From Chiloscyllium plagiosum (taxonomy: Eukaryota), in assembly GCF_004010195.1 (NCBI RefSeq), contig NC_057720.1, forward strand, positions 23,293,994-23,357,993: a DNA stretch of 64,000 nt, in the 5' to 3' direction. The notes below the pieces were generated by a model. That model ran no database searches. It was not told where the DNA came from and was given only the letters and a program-made list of their open reading frames with translations. Positions 12,945 through 25,994 of this stretch are shown here, piece after piece. Each line of letters begins with the position of its first letter. Position 1 is the stretch's first letter. Made by a program: the position numbers and the translations under genes.

Positions 12945-13845
12945 AGACTGGGTGGTGGTGGAAGTTTTTTTTCCGGACTGGAGGCCTATGACCAGCAGTT
13001 TTCCACAGGGTTTGGTACTGGGACCACTTCTGTTGTCATTTATATAAATGATTTGGATGAGAATATAGGAGGCACAGTCAGTAAGTTTGCAGATGACATC
13101 AAAATTGGTGGTCTCGTGGACAGGTGAAAAAGGTCACCTAAGGGTACAAAGCAATTTTGATCAATTGGGCAGATAGTGTTTGCATTTTGGCAATACAAAC
13201 AAGGTTAGAACCTATACAATTAGTGGTAGAGTCCTGGATAGATTTGTAGAACAGAGACCTAGGAGTTCAAGTATATAATTCTTCGAAGTTTGCATCACAG
13301 GTAGCCAGGGTAGTTAAGAAGACTCATGCCTTCATTGCTCAGACCTTTGAGTATAGGAGTTGAGACATCATGTTGAGGCTGTACAGGACTTTGTTGAGGA
13401 CTCTTCTGGAGTACTGTGGCAATTCTAGTCACCCTGGATAGGTTGGGACTTTTTCACTGGAGCATAGTAGTTGAGGAGTGATCTTATTGAGGTGCATAAA
13501 ATGATGTAGGGCATAGATAAGATAAAAGACAAGGGTCTTTTCCCTAGGGTGTGGGAATTCAAAACTAGGGGGCATATTTTTAAGGTAAGAGGAGAAAGAT
13601 TTAAAAAGGACATATGGGGCAAGTTTTAACAGTGATTCATGTGTGCAATGAACTGGATGTGGATGCAGGTACAGTTACAATGTTTAATAGACATTTGGAT
13701 AAGTTCATGAATAGGAAAGGTTGAGGGATTTGGGCCAAACACCGGCAGGTAGGACTAGTTTAGTTTGAGAACATGATCGGTGTGAACTAGTTGGATTGAA
13801 AGTCCGTGCTGTTGAAGTTTTCCATGCTGTATGACTCTATGCCTC
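12945..13845 (+). mobile_element. CR1/HER1-type LINE RT and 3' end, degenerate
   Basis: PQGLVLGPLL..IYINDLD..VSKFADDIKIGG; ends ctatgactctat. Confidence 0.9.
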
Positions 13846-15331
13846 TACCCTACAGAACAAACTGTTCAGAGTTGATAAAATGTGGAGATGGAAGAGCACA
13901 ATAGGTCAGACAGCATTGGAGGATTAGGAAAGTTGATGTTTAAGGGCAGAACCCTTCATCAGCATATCAAGCTGTTCAGTTGTGTTTCTCGTTTCTGAAA
14001 CAGCATTGCTGTGAAATCTGGGTGAAAGCTGATTGCTGTTCTTGAAGTTGCTCAGAGAACTTCTCAACATTATATTTCCTGAGCAAACAGTATCTGTCAA
14101 GAGCCCAGAGACAATCCTACATGATTAGTGCCAAATGCAAGAACACCAGATTGACAGACATTGGAATATTCCAATGCCTTGTCTTTTTGCTTTCAAGAAT
14201 AACCACCACTGACCAGAAAGTTGTTTTTTAAATTATTGAATCTTTGTTTGTATCTTCTTTATTTGAAGTTTGTTTGTACTATGGCTTGTTTTATGACTGC
14301 CATGAAAGGAAAGTTGGGTGTACAATGCAGTCTTGCTCTTCAGCTGTTCACATCTTGCAAATTCACTAATCTGCACAATACTGTGGGACAACTTTGTGTC
14401 AACTGTGAACCTAATCTTCCCTTATTCCCGCTTTTAAAGGGCAATAAAATAAACTCACTTTCTGGAGTTAAAGTGCGCACTGCACATGCATTGTGTATAA
14501 CACATATGTTGTCCACCATTTGCAAAAATCACTTATCATAGCATTCTTTAGGAATATATTCCCTGTGATATTACTTATCTTATTGGGATTGTATTATGAG
14601 ATCTGTTATTTGTAAGAATAATAGGATGGTTATGGTAAGGGATTTTAACTTTCCAAGCATAATCTCGGACTGCCATAGTGTTAAGGGTTTAGATGGAGAG
14701 GGGTTTGCTAAGTGTTGTACAAGAACATTTTTGATTCAGTATATGGATGTACCTAATAGAGAAGGTACAAAACTTGACACACTCTTGGGAAATAAGGCAG
14801 GGCAGGTGTCTGAGGTATCAGTAGGGGAGCACTTTGGGGCCAGCGACCATAATTCTATTAGTTTTAAAATAGTGATGGAAAAGAATAGACCAAATCTAAA
14901 AGTTGAAGTTCCAAAGTGGACAAAGGTCAATTTTGACGGTATTAGACAAGAACTTTCAAAAGCTGACTGGGGGCTGTTCTTTGCAGGTAAAGGGATGGCT
15001 GGAAAATGGGAAGCCTTCAGAAATTAGATAACAAGAGTCCAGAGAAAGTATATTCCTGTCAGGGTGAAAGGAAAGGCTGGTAGGTATAGGGAATGCTGGA
15101 TGACTAAAGAATTGGTTAAGAAAAAGAAGAAAGCATATGTCGGATCTTGACAGGATAGATAGAGTGAATCCTTAGAAGAGTATTAAAAACAGTAGGAGTA
15201 TACTGAAGAGGGAAATCAGGAGGGCAAAAAGGGGACAAGAGATTATTTTGGCAAATAGAGTTAAGGAGAATCCAAAGGGTTTGTGCAAATACTTTAAGGA
15301 CAAAAGGATAACAATGGAGAGAATAGGGCTC

Positions 15332-15554
15332 AAAAATGTGTTGCTGGAAAAGCGCAGCAGGTCAGGCAGCATCCAAGGAGCAGGAGAATCGACGTTTTGA
15401 GCATAAGCCCTTCTTCAGGAATCATTCCTGAGAAAGGGCTTATGCCCGAAACGCCGATTCTCCTGCTCCTTGGATGTTGCCTGACCTGCTGCGCTTTTCC
15501 AGCAACACATTTTTCAGCTCTGATCTCCAGCATCTGCAGTCCTCACTTTCTCCT
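15332..15554. mobile_element. Non-coding fold-back PLE derivative (family A)
   Basis: About 90-bp palindromic arms centred near 15422 plus a tail of about 40 nt; perfect 14-bp TSD agagaatagggctc (15318-15331, 15555-15568). Confidence 0.9.
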
Positions 15555-16165
15555 AGAGAATAGGGCTCTTCAAAGATCATCAAGGTGGCCTTTGTGTGAA
15601 GCAACAGAAAATGGGGGCGATACTAAACAGTATTTACTGTGGAAAAGGATGTGGAAGATATAGAATGTAGGGAAATAGATGGTGACATTTTTAAAAATGT
15701 CCATATTACATGGTAGGAAGTACTGGATGTCTTGAAATGCATAAAAGTGGCTAAGTCCCCAGGACCTGATCAGGTGTACCCTAGAACTCTGTGGGAAGAT
15801 AGGGAATGATTGCTGGGCCTCTTACCTGTGACTATCGATGATATTTGTATCATCGATAGTCACAGGTGAGTTGCTGGCAGACTGGAGGTTGGCTAATGTG
15901 GTGCCACTGTTTAAGGTGGTAAGGACAAGTCAGGGAACTATAGACCAGTGAGCCAGATGTCGGTGGTGGGCAAGTTGTTGGAGGGAATCCTGAGTGATAG
16001 GATGTACATGTATTTGGAAAGGCAAGGACTGATTATGGATAGTCAACATGGCTTTGTGCTTGGGAAATCATATCTCACAAACTGGATTGAGTTTTTTGAA
16101 GGAATAACAAAGAGAATTGATGAGGGCAGAGTGGTAGATGTCATCTATATGGACTTCGTAAGGCA

Positions 16166-16811
16166 GGGTAAAAACAATGACTGCAGATGCTGGAAACCAG
16201 ATTCTGGATTAGTGGTGCTGGAAAAGCACGGCAGTTCAGGCCGCATCAAGGAGCAGTAAAATCGATGTTTTGGGCAAAAGCCCTTCATCAGAAATAGAGG
16301 CAGAGTGCCTGAAGGGTGGAGAGATAAATGAGAGGAGGGTGGGTGTGGGGAGATTGCATAATATTTGCAATTCTATCATCCTCTGGCACCAACTCCGAAG
16401 CCAGGGAAGATTGAAAGATAATTCATAGAATCATGAACTTATTACGGTGCAGAAGAAAGCCTTTAGTCTATTGTGCCTGCACCTGTTCTCTTAGCTAGTG
16501 CCAAGGTGAAGGAGGCCCAGGACCTCCATGTCCTCGGCAGAGTGAGAGGAGGAGTTGAAATGTTGGCCACAGGGTGGTGTGGTTGATTGATGTGGGTGTC
16601 CCAGAGATGTTCCCTAAAGTGCTTTGCTAGGAGGCATCCAGTCTCCCCAGTGTAGAGGAGACCGCATCGGGAGCAACGGATACAATAAATGATATTGGTG
16701 GATGTGCAGGTAAAACTTTGATGGATGTGGAAGTCTCCTTTGGGGCCTTGGATGGAGGTGAGGGAGGAGGTGTGGGCGCAGGTTTTGCAATTCCTGCAGT
16801 GGCAGGGAACA
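16166..16811 (-). mobile_element. Composite PLE family A insertion (terminal repeat, filler, GIY-YIG fragment)
   Basis: Terminal repeat 16167-16345; 16501-16811 encodes FTCTSTNIIYCIRCSRCGLLYTGET; CR1 resumes at aggttccccatggg. Confidence 0.8.
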
Positions 16812-17177
16812 GGTTCCCCATGGGATACTGGTTAGAAAGGCATAAATAGTGGATCTCCATAAGGATCAGTGGAATACAGGGAGAACTTGCCATTTGGATA
16901 CAGAACTGGCTCAAAGGGAGAAGACTGAGGGTGGTGGTGGAGAGTTGTTTTTCAGACTGGAGGCCTGTGACCAGTGGAGTGCCACAAGGATCGGTGCTGG
17001 GTCCACTATTTTTCTCATTTATATAAATGGTTTAGATGTGAGCATAAGAGGTATAGTCAGTAAGTTTGTAGATGACACCAAAATTGGAGGTGTAGTGGAC
17101 AGCGAAGAAGGTTACCTCGGATTACGACAGGATATTGATCAGATGGGCCAAAGGCCTGAGAAGTGTCAGATGGAGTT

Positions 17178-17466
17178 TAGATTAGATTACTTATAGTATG
17201 GAAGCAGGCCCTTCGGCCCAACGAGTCCACACCGACTCAGCGAAGCGCAACCCACCCAGACCCATTCCCCTACACCTAACACTACAGGCAATTTAGCATA
17301 GCCAGTTCACCTAACCTGCACATTTTTGGATTGTGGGAAGAAACCGGAGCAAACCCACACAGACACAGGGACAATGTGTAAACTCCACACAGAGAGTCAC
17401 CTGAGGTGGGAATTGAACCTGGGTCTCTGGCGTTGTGAGGCAGCAGTGCTAGCCACTGTGCCACCC
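17178..17466 (-). mobile_element. HE1-type V-SINE inside CR1
   Basis: A box tggcacagtggcta, B box ggttcaattcc and V domain on the minus strand. Confidence 0.92.
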
Positions 17467-20124
17467 ATTTAATTTAGATAAATGCAAGGTACTGCATTTT
17501 AGGAAAGCAAATCTTAGCAGGACTTATACATTTAACGGTAAGGTCCTCGGGTGTATTGCTGAACAAAAATACCTTGGAGTGTAGGTTCATAGCTCCTTGA
17601 AAGTGGAGTCACAGGTAGATAGGATAGTGGAGAAGGCATTTGGTATACTTTCCTTTATTGGTTAGAGTATTGAGTACAGGAGTTGGAATGTCATGTTATG
17701 ACTGTACAGGACATTGGTTAGGCCACTGTTGGAATATTGTGTGCAATTCTGGTCTCCTTCCTATGGGAAAGATGTTGTGAAACTTGAAAGGGTTCAGAAT
17801 TACAAGGATGTTGCCAGGGTTGGAGGATTTGAGCTATAGAGAGAGGTTGAATAGGCTGGGGCTGTTTTCCCTGGAGATTCGGAGGCTGAGGGGTGACCTT
17901 ATAGAGATTTATAAAATCATGAGGGGCATGGATAGGATAAATGGACAAAGTTTTTCCATGGGGTGGGGGAGTACAGAACTAGAGGGCATAGGTTTAGGGT
18001 GAGAGGGGAAAGATATAAAAGAGACCTAAGGGACAACGTTTTCACACAGAGAGTGGTACGTGTATGGAATGAGCTGGCAGAGGATGTGGTGGAGGCTAGT
18101 GTAATTGCAACATTTAAAAGGCACCTGGATGAGAATATAAATAGGAAGGGTTTGGAGGGATATGGGCCGGGTGTTGGTAAATGGGACTAGATTGGGTAGG
18201 GATATCTGGTCAGCATGGACATGTTGGACCAAAGGGTCTGTTTCCATGCTGTACACCTCTATGACTCTATAACTGGAGTGGCTGATGTACTATGCTGCAT
18301 TATTGTGAAAGTTAACAACTTTTCTTTGGAATGCTGATATTGAATGTCTGATGAATCACAGTGAGAACATTATTGAAACTAGTACACATTTATCTCAACC
18401 ACTCTCCCTGTTAATGTTCTAAGAGCATCAAAGTTTTAAAAAAATCTCCCACATGACTTGCCCTCTTTCTCGGCTTTGTCCATTGTTGCTCCATCAACAT
18501 CCTGTTTGCCCACTCCATGTAGAATCAATATTTGATGGGAGTTTTTTTTTCATTATTCCATTGTGAATTGTCTTGAGACCTTTTGCTGTACTAAAGATAA
18601 AGTAAATGTCAATTCATCTATTTTGAGTACTTCTCGGTGCCTCTACATTACTGATGACACAATTTCACCTACAATTAGTGATATGGCTCTTTGTTAGCAA
18701 TGGGAGATGTTTCCAATGAAACTGAGCAAACTTATATTTATAAAATGCTTATAATGCCTTTTAAAATATCTACGCTGTCAAGACCTCTCAGAATCTTTTA
18801 TGTTTCAATAAGATGACCCCTAAACCTTTAAATATAAATGAATATTAGCCTAATCTGTTTAGCTGTTCTTCATTAGTCACCTTGTTTACCCCAAGAATCA
18901 ACTTAGTGAATCTCTTTTCAGTGACTTTCAATGTCATTGCATTTTTTTTAAATACATGGACCAAAACCGTACACAGTATTACAGGTGTGACTTCACCAAT
19001 ACCCTGTACAGTTGGAACTATTTTTAAACACTAATCCTTAGCAACAAAAGCCAAAAGTCCGTTTGCTCCTTAATTACTTGCTGCACTTGCATGTTAATGC
19101 ATTATTTCATGCAGAAGAACACCCAGGTTCCTCTGTGCTACACTTTTTATTGAATCTTTCTCCTCTTAAATAATAGTCTTCCTTTTGAATATTCCTATTA
19201 ACATGCATGTCCTCACAATTTCCTAAATTAACTCCATCTGCAAAGTTTTTGCCCATTGTCTCTGTAAGATCATAAGGCACAGGCAAAAGTAGGCCAAATA
19301 ACCCATCAGATCTGCTTTGCCATTTGATGAGATCATATCTTTCCTTGTGTCCTCATTGCAAAATACCCTCCAACGTATTTTTGTATCATCAGCAAATGTG
19401 GATACATTGCACCTTGCCTCTTCCTCAAATCATTGATGTACATTGCAAAAATTGTGGCCCAAAGCACTGATCCTTATGGAAGTCCACTATTTATGCCTTT
19501 CTACACTGAAAATTGACTCATTGATCCTAACTGTCCGCCTTCTGTGTGTTAACCAATCCTCAATCTATGCTAAGACTTTACCCCCATATTACAAGTTCCT
19601 ATCTTGCACATGCTTTTCTGTGGCACCTTATCTGGAAATCCAAATAACTACACCTCTTGTTCCACTTCAATTCTAATCCAACTCTACCAAATTTGCCAAA
19701 TGCGATTTCTGTTTGACAAAATCGTGTTGACCCTGATTGTGTCAAGATTTTCTCAATGTACTGCAACAATGGACTCCAATATTTTCCATCAATAGATATT
19801 AGGCTACCCGCCTGCAGTTTCCTGCTTTCTACCTTCATCATTTCTTAAATAGGGCATCACATCAGCAATCTTCCAATCCTCTTGTGGAATCTGGTGAGTT
19901 CTGGAATATTTTGAACAAAGCCTTCACTATCTCTGCAGCCATTTCCTTTGTAACCCTTGGACTGACACCCCTATTGCAACCTCCAAAGGTCTTTCATGTA
20001 CTTTAGCAATTTCGTGCCTCAAAGCTGATAGAAACATAGAAGCTAGGAGCAGGAGGTAGCCATTCAGCCCTTTGACCTTGCTTAGCCACTCATCATGATT
20101 ACGGTTGATTGTCTGATTCAATAG

Positions 20125-20350
20125 TTTAGATCAGAGTGATGCTGGAAAAGCACAGCAGGTCAGGCAGCAACCGAGGAGCAGGGAAATCGACTTTTCAGGC
20201 AAAAGCCCTTCATCAGGATTCCTGATGAAGGGCTTTTGCCCGAAACGTCGATTTTCCTGCTCCTCAGATGCTGCCTGACCTGCTGTACTTTTCCAGCACC
20301 ACTCTAATCTAAACTCTGGTTGCCAGCATCTGCAGTCCTCACTTTTGCCA
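20125..20350. mobile_element. Non-coding fold-back PLE derivative (family A) with back-to-back hammerhead motifs
   Basis: Palindrome centred on cccttcatcaggattcctgatgaaggg; degenerate 15-bp TSD tgtctgattcaatag / tgtccagttcaatag. Confidence 0.88.
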
Positions 20351-20624
20351 TGTCCAGTTCAATAGCCTAATCCTGCTTTCTCCCTATAACCTTTGATCCC
20401 ATTCACCTCCAAGTGCAATATCTATCCACCTCTTCAATGCATTCAATATTTTGACATCAACTACCTCCTGTGGTAATGAATTCCACCACTCATTGGATGA
20501 AGAAATGTCTCTTCATCTCCATCCTAAACGGTCTACCCCAAATCCTCAGACTGTGACACCTGGTTCTGGACACACCCACCATCAGGAACATCCTCCCTGC
20601 ATCTACCCTGTCTAGCCCTGTTAG

Positions 20625-20850
20625 TCATGATTTGGAGATGCTGGTGTTGGACTGGGGTGTACAAAGTTAAAAATCACACAACACTGGGTTATAGTCCAAC
20701 AGGTTTACTTAGAAGCACTAGCTTTTTGAGTGCTACTCCTTCATCAGGTACTCCACAACCACCTGATGAAGGAGCAGCACTCCGAAAGCTAGTACTTCCA
20801 AAATAACCTGTTGGACTATAACCTGGTGTTGTGTAATTTTCAACCTTATT
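20625..20850. mobile_element. Non-coding fold-back PLE derivative (family C)
   Basis: Inverted arms around 20750-20760; CUGAUGA-a-ggag..cucc-GAAAGCUA; TSD cctgttag (20617-20624, 20851-20858). Confidence 0.88.
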
Positions 20851-21439
20851 CCTGTTAGAATTTTAAGTTTCTATGAGATCCCTTCTCACTCATCTGAACT
20901 CCAGTGAAACAATCCTGACCTAGTCAACCTTCATACATCAGTCCCGCCATCCCTGGAATCAGCTTGGTAAACCTTCGCTGCACTCCGTTGAGAGCAAGAG
21001 CATCTTTCTCAGAGAAGGAGACCAAAACTGCACACAATATTCTCGGTGTGGCCTCACCGAGGCCCTATGTAACTGCAAGAACACACTTTTGCTCCTGTAC
21101 TCGAAATCTCTTGCAGCAATGGCCAACATACCAATTGCCTTCTGTCCCACCTGCTGTACCACGCTTACCAGCAACTGCTGCACAAGGACACCCAGACTGC
21201 GCACTCCCCTCTCCCAGTTTACAGCCATTCAGGTAGTAATATGCTACCTTGTTTTTGCTCCAAAGTGAATAACCTCACATTTATCCAAACGATACTCCAT
21301 CGACCATCAATTTAATGATGGGTATCATCTTGCATGTTAATTTATCTACAGTTTTCAGATTCTGACTCACCTGCTATGTATTGCTAAAATTTTCAGATTC
21401 TGTTTCAGATTTTCTGTATTTGTGTTATTTTAAACTGTG

Positions 21440-23235
21440 AAAACTTCATGGGACCTGATATCTCTCCATTATGCAGATATAATTGGGAATGTAACTTTTC
21501 AAACAGACAGGCAGAAGGGAAGGGCAATAGGATAGTTTTAGCAATCTGAACTTGTATAATTAGACATCAAGAAATTATCTAGGATCAGATGATGTAGAGG
21601 TCATATGAGTCAAGGTCAGAAACAAGAAATATTACATTAATGGAAGTTACCTGTATGCTCGCAAACAGTGGTCATTCTGTAGGACATAGAATATTCAGGA
21701 CATGCAAGCACATTTAAAAAAAAAGTGCATTCATCATTTAATCTTCATGTAGTTTGGGCAAACCGAATTAGCAAAGGTAGCCATAAGGAGGAATTTATAG
21801 AATAATTTATGTTGTGGATTCAATGAGGGATATTTTGGATCTGGTCATGTGAAATGAAGCAGATTTCAAAAATGATCTCAGTAAAATATTTTGTATGGAA
21901 CAGTCAACACAACATCATAGATTCATAGAATTCCGACAGTACAAAAAGACACGATTCAGCTGATCGGGACTGCACCAATCCTCCAATGAGCATCCCACCC
22001 AGACCAAGATCCCTACCTTATCCCTATAACCATGCACTTACCATGGCTAATCCATCTAGCGTGCTCATCCCTAGACAGTACAGATAATTTAGCATGGTCA
22101 ATCCACTAACCTGCATATCTTTGGACTCAGAAATAATATATTTGTATTTCCAAAAGGTGCTCCATAAGGAAACACAAGAGGATACATAATAAGATAGGAG
22201 CCAATGGTGTTGGGTAATACATTAGTATGGATGGCAGATTGGCTAATGAATAAAGGCAGAACTGGGGAAAAGGGAGAAATTTGTGGATAGTAACCCCCCG
22301 TAATTAGTAGGATACCACAGGGATCAGTGATGGGACCTGAATTATTTACAATATATATTAATGCATGGATGATGGAATTGAAGATTCTATTGCTAAGTTT
22401 GCAAATTGCACAAAAATAGGTTAGAAAGCAAGTAGTGAGGATGACAGGAGGTATCTGCAGAGGGATGTAGACAGGTTGAATGAATGGGCAAAAACTTCAC
22501 AGATGGAATAGAATGTGGGAATATTTGAGGTAATGCACTTGGCAAGAAGAATAGAAGAGTTGAATATCATTTAAATAAGGAAAGACTACAGAAATCTATG
22601 ATACAAATAGATTTGGGGTCCTTGTGCTTGAATCACAAAAAGCAAGTTTAGCGGGTAATAGAGAAGGCAAATGCACTGTTGGCCTTTCCTTCAAAGGTAA
22701 TGGAATATATAAGTTAGGGAGGCCTTATTAGAACAATATAGTGTACTTGTCAGACCATGGCTAGAATATGAGAATAATATGGATCCCCTGGTCCAAGGAA
22801 AGATATACTGGCATTGGGGACAGTCCAAAGAAGGCCCACTGGATTGATACCAGCTTTGTAGGGATAGGAGTGTTAGAAGAATGAGAGAAGAGCTCATTGA
22901 AACAAAGTTTTTCGGGGGCTTGATGGAGTAAAAGTGGACAGCTTGCTTATCTTGTGGGAGATTCTAGGACCAGACGCCATAATCTCAAAGTAAAGGATTG
23001 CCCCTTAAAGAGACAGAGATGAGGAGGAATTTCTTCTCTCAGAGAGTAGTAAATCTGTACAGTTCTTTACTCAGAGGGCTATCAAGAGTGAATCATTAAA
23101 TATATTCAAGGCTGAGACAGACATTTTTAATCAGTGAAAGAATCAATAGTTATTGAGATAAGGCGGGAAAGAGGCCGTGACCTCATCAAATGACAAAGCG
23201 AACTTGATCAGCTGAATGATCTTCTGCTCCTACAT
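21440..23235 (+). mobile_element. Old CR1 LINE (endonuclease and RT remnants) with a SINE/LINE 3' fragment at about 21945-22127 (-)
   Basis: PQGSVMGPELFTIYIN, IAKFANCTKIG, EMRRNFFSQRVVNL remnants. Confidence 0.8.
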
Positions 23236-23667
23236 CTTATTGGGATTGTATTATCGACCTCCTAATAAACAGAGGGAAATTGATAAAAAAACTTGTAAGG
23301 AGATCTCCGTTATCTGTAAGAATAATAGGGTGGTAATGGTAGGGGATTTTAACTTTCTAAACATAGACTGGGACTGTTATAGTGTTAAGGGTTTAGATGG
23401 AGAGGAATTTGTTAAGTGTGTACAAGAAAATTTCTAATTCAGTATGTGGATATACTTACTAGAGAAGGTGCAAAGCTTGACCTACTGTTGGGAAATAAGG
23501 CAGGGCAGGTGACTGAGGTGTCAGTGGGGGAGCACTTTGGGGGCAGTGACCATAATTCTATTAGTTTTAAAATAGTGATGGAAAAGGATAGACCAAATCT
23601 AAAAGTTAAAGATCTAAATTGGAGGAAGGCCAATTTTGACAGTATTAGGCAAGAACATTCCAAAGCA

Positions 23668-23905
23668 AAAGAGAAAATGCTGGAAAATCTCAGCAGGTCT
23701 GGCAGCATCTGTAAGGAGAGAAAAGAGCTGACGTTTCGAGTCTAACTGACCCTTTGTCAAAGCTGGATGAAGCATTGACAAAAGGTCAGTTAGTCTCGAA
23801 ACGTCAGCTCTTTTCTCTCCTTACAGATGCTGCCAGACCTGCTGAGATTTTCCAGCATTTTCTCTTTTGGTTTCAGATTCCACGTATCCACAGTAATTTG
23901 CTTTT
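23668..23905. mobile_element. Non-coding fold-back PLE derivative (family B, U3-A8 hammerhead)
   Basis: About 95-bp inverted arms centred near 23767 plus a tail of about 37 nt; 14-bp TSD aacattccaaagca / aactttccaaagca (23654-23667, 23906-23919). Confidence 0.9.
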
Positions 23906-24454
23906 AACTTTCCAAAGCAGATTGGGCCAGGTGTTCACATGTAAATGGAAGGCTGAAAAATGGGAAGCCTTCAGGAATGAGATAACGAGAATCCAGAGAA
24001 AATATATTCCTGTTAGGGTGAAAGGAAAGGCTGGTAGGTATAGGGAATGCTGGATGACTAAAGAAATTGAGGGTTTGGTTAAGAAAAAGAAGAATGCATA
24101 CGTAAGGTATAGACAGGATAGATCGAGTGAATCCTCAGAAGAGTATAAAGGAAGTAGGAGTATACTGAAGAGGGAAATCAGGAGGACAAAAAAGGGACAT
24201 GAGATGGCTTTGGCAAATAGAATTAAGGAGAATCCAAAGGATTTTTACAAATACATTAAGGACAAAAGGGTAACTAGGGAGAGAATATGGCCCCTCAAAG
24301 ATCAGCAAGGCGGCCTTTGCATGGAGCCACAAAAAATGGGGGAGATACTAAACGAGTATTTTGCATCAGTATTTACTGTGGAAAAGGATATGTAAGATAT
24401 AGAATGTAGGGAAATAGATGGTGACAACTTGCAAAATGTCAATATTACAGAGGA

Positions 24455-24755
24455 AGTAAAAACAATGACTGCAGATGCTGGAAACCAGATTCTGGATTAG
24501 AGTGGTGCTGGAAAAGCAGAGCAGTTCAGGCAGCATCTGAGGAGCAGGAAAATTGACGTTTCGGGCAAATGTCCTTCATCATGAATAGAGGCAGAGTGCC
24601 TGAAGGGTGGAGAGACCACTCCTCTCATTTATCTCTCCACTCTTCAGGCGCTCTGCCTGTATTCCTGATGAAGGGCTTTTGCCCAAAACGTTGATTTTCC
24701 TGCTCCTTGAATGCTGCCTGAACTGCTGTGCTTTTCCAGCACCACTCTAATCCAA
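24455..24755. mobile_element. Non-coding fold-back PLE derivative (family A)
   Basis: Inverted arms around 24615-24630; perfect 14-bp TSD aatattacagagga (24441-24454, 24756-24769). Confidence 0.9.
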
Positions 24756-25994
24756 AATATTACAGAGGAGGGAGTGCTGGATGTCTTGAAATGCACAAAA
24801 GTGGATAAATCCCCAGGACTGACCAGGTGTACCTGAGAACTCTGTGGGAAGCTGGAGATGTGAATGCTGGGCCTCTTGCTCAGATATTTGTACCATCGAT
24901 GGTCACACGTGAGGTGCCAGAAGTCTGGAGGTTGGCTAACATGGTGCCACTATTTAAGAAGGGTGGTAAGAACAAGCCAGGGAACTATAGACCCTGATGT
25001 CAGTGGTGGGCAAGTTGTTGGAGGGAATCCTGAGGGATAGGATGTACATGTATTTGGAAAGGCAAGGACTGATTAGGGGTAGTCAACATGGCTTTGTGCA
25101 TGGGAAATCATGTCTCACAAACTTGATTTTGCATAAAATAATACATCTTACTGTGTGGGTGCACCATCTCCAGTTTCTCTTTATCATTGATGATGGCTGC
25201 TTCAGGCTTATGTGGAGTATACTGCTATATGTTCTCATATGGCCCTGGAGTTTAGTCTCCACAGGGCAGTAAGGATTAACTGTTGGTTCCTGTGTGTGCT
25301 GCCCAGTCATTCTAGTTTGCCTTTGTCTTTAGTTCCCTTGTTTTTATTGTTTGAAGAAAGATGCTTCACGACATGGGATCATTCCCAAGGCAGTTCTACC
25401 CTTATTTTCTCAGACCTATTGTGCTCATGGTTCATTTTCTGAGGTTCATCTTCAAGGATGCTTTGAATTTTAATCTTGGCCTTCCTGCAAGAGATATCCA
25501 AGTTAAACCATGAATACGTGACTACCCTGGGGAATTTATGATTAATCATTATCATGTATGTCTACTCCGTATGAGCTGAGCTTTGATGATGACTGATTGA
25601 AATCTAGACATTTCTGCTTTCAAAGTACCTCATTGTTGGGCATTCTGACTTCCAACTGAGGTTCCACCAGATGTGAAACCTGTCTGCTTCATATGTATGA
25701 AGTAGGCAGCCCTTGGCTCAAGGCCATATAGGAAGATAGTCATTCTCTTACAGATTTATATTCAGTTTGTTGATGACCAAGGAGTATCTCTGCCTTCCTT
25801 AAGCTGTTAGCTAGCCTATAGTCATTGGCTGCTGTTGATAAATGTCCATCATTTATTGAAGACCATATTCTGAGAGTAAACCAAAGTCACATAGAAACAG
25901 AGAAGCACAGAAATAGAAGCAGCGTAGGGCAATCAGGCCTTCAGGCCTGTTCCACTACTCGTTATGATCATGGCTGATCACCCAGCTCAGTATC

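Larger units (their letters stand above)
14580..18270 (+). mobile_element. CR1/HER1-type LINE, most of ORF2 (APE endonuclease and RT), disrupted and interrupted
   Basis: VMVRDFNFP, LDTLL, FGASDHNSISF; QHGFVLGKSYLTN, VDVIYMDF, VSKFVDDTKIGG; insertions at 15332-15554, 16166-16811 and 17178-17466. Confidence 0.95.
18790..21300 (-). mobile_element. Decayed CR1 LINE fragments
   Basis: Minus strand [30 protein letters not shown] and older RT remnants; hosts fold-backs at 20125-20350 and 20625-20850. Confidence 0.8.
23236..25128 (+). mobile_element. CR1/HER1-type LINE ORF2, endonuclease to start of RT
   Basis: LLGLYYRPP, VMVGDFNF, GGSDHNSISF, IKENPKDFYKYIK, QHGFVHGKSCLTNL; two fold-back insertions. 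Confidence 0.95.

Noticed and set aside
14221..14541. 106-aa ORF in apparently unique sequence
   Set aside because: Non-ATG start, no motif and no splice support; could be regulatory but conservation cannot be tested here.
23754..24395. 213-aa ORF
   Set aside because: Chance fusion of a PLE hairpin arm with CR1 ORF2 sequence.
25130..25900. Possible ancient LINE or LTR coding remnant
   Set aside because: Only faint motif resemblance; too degraded to call.
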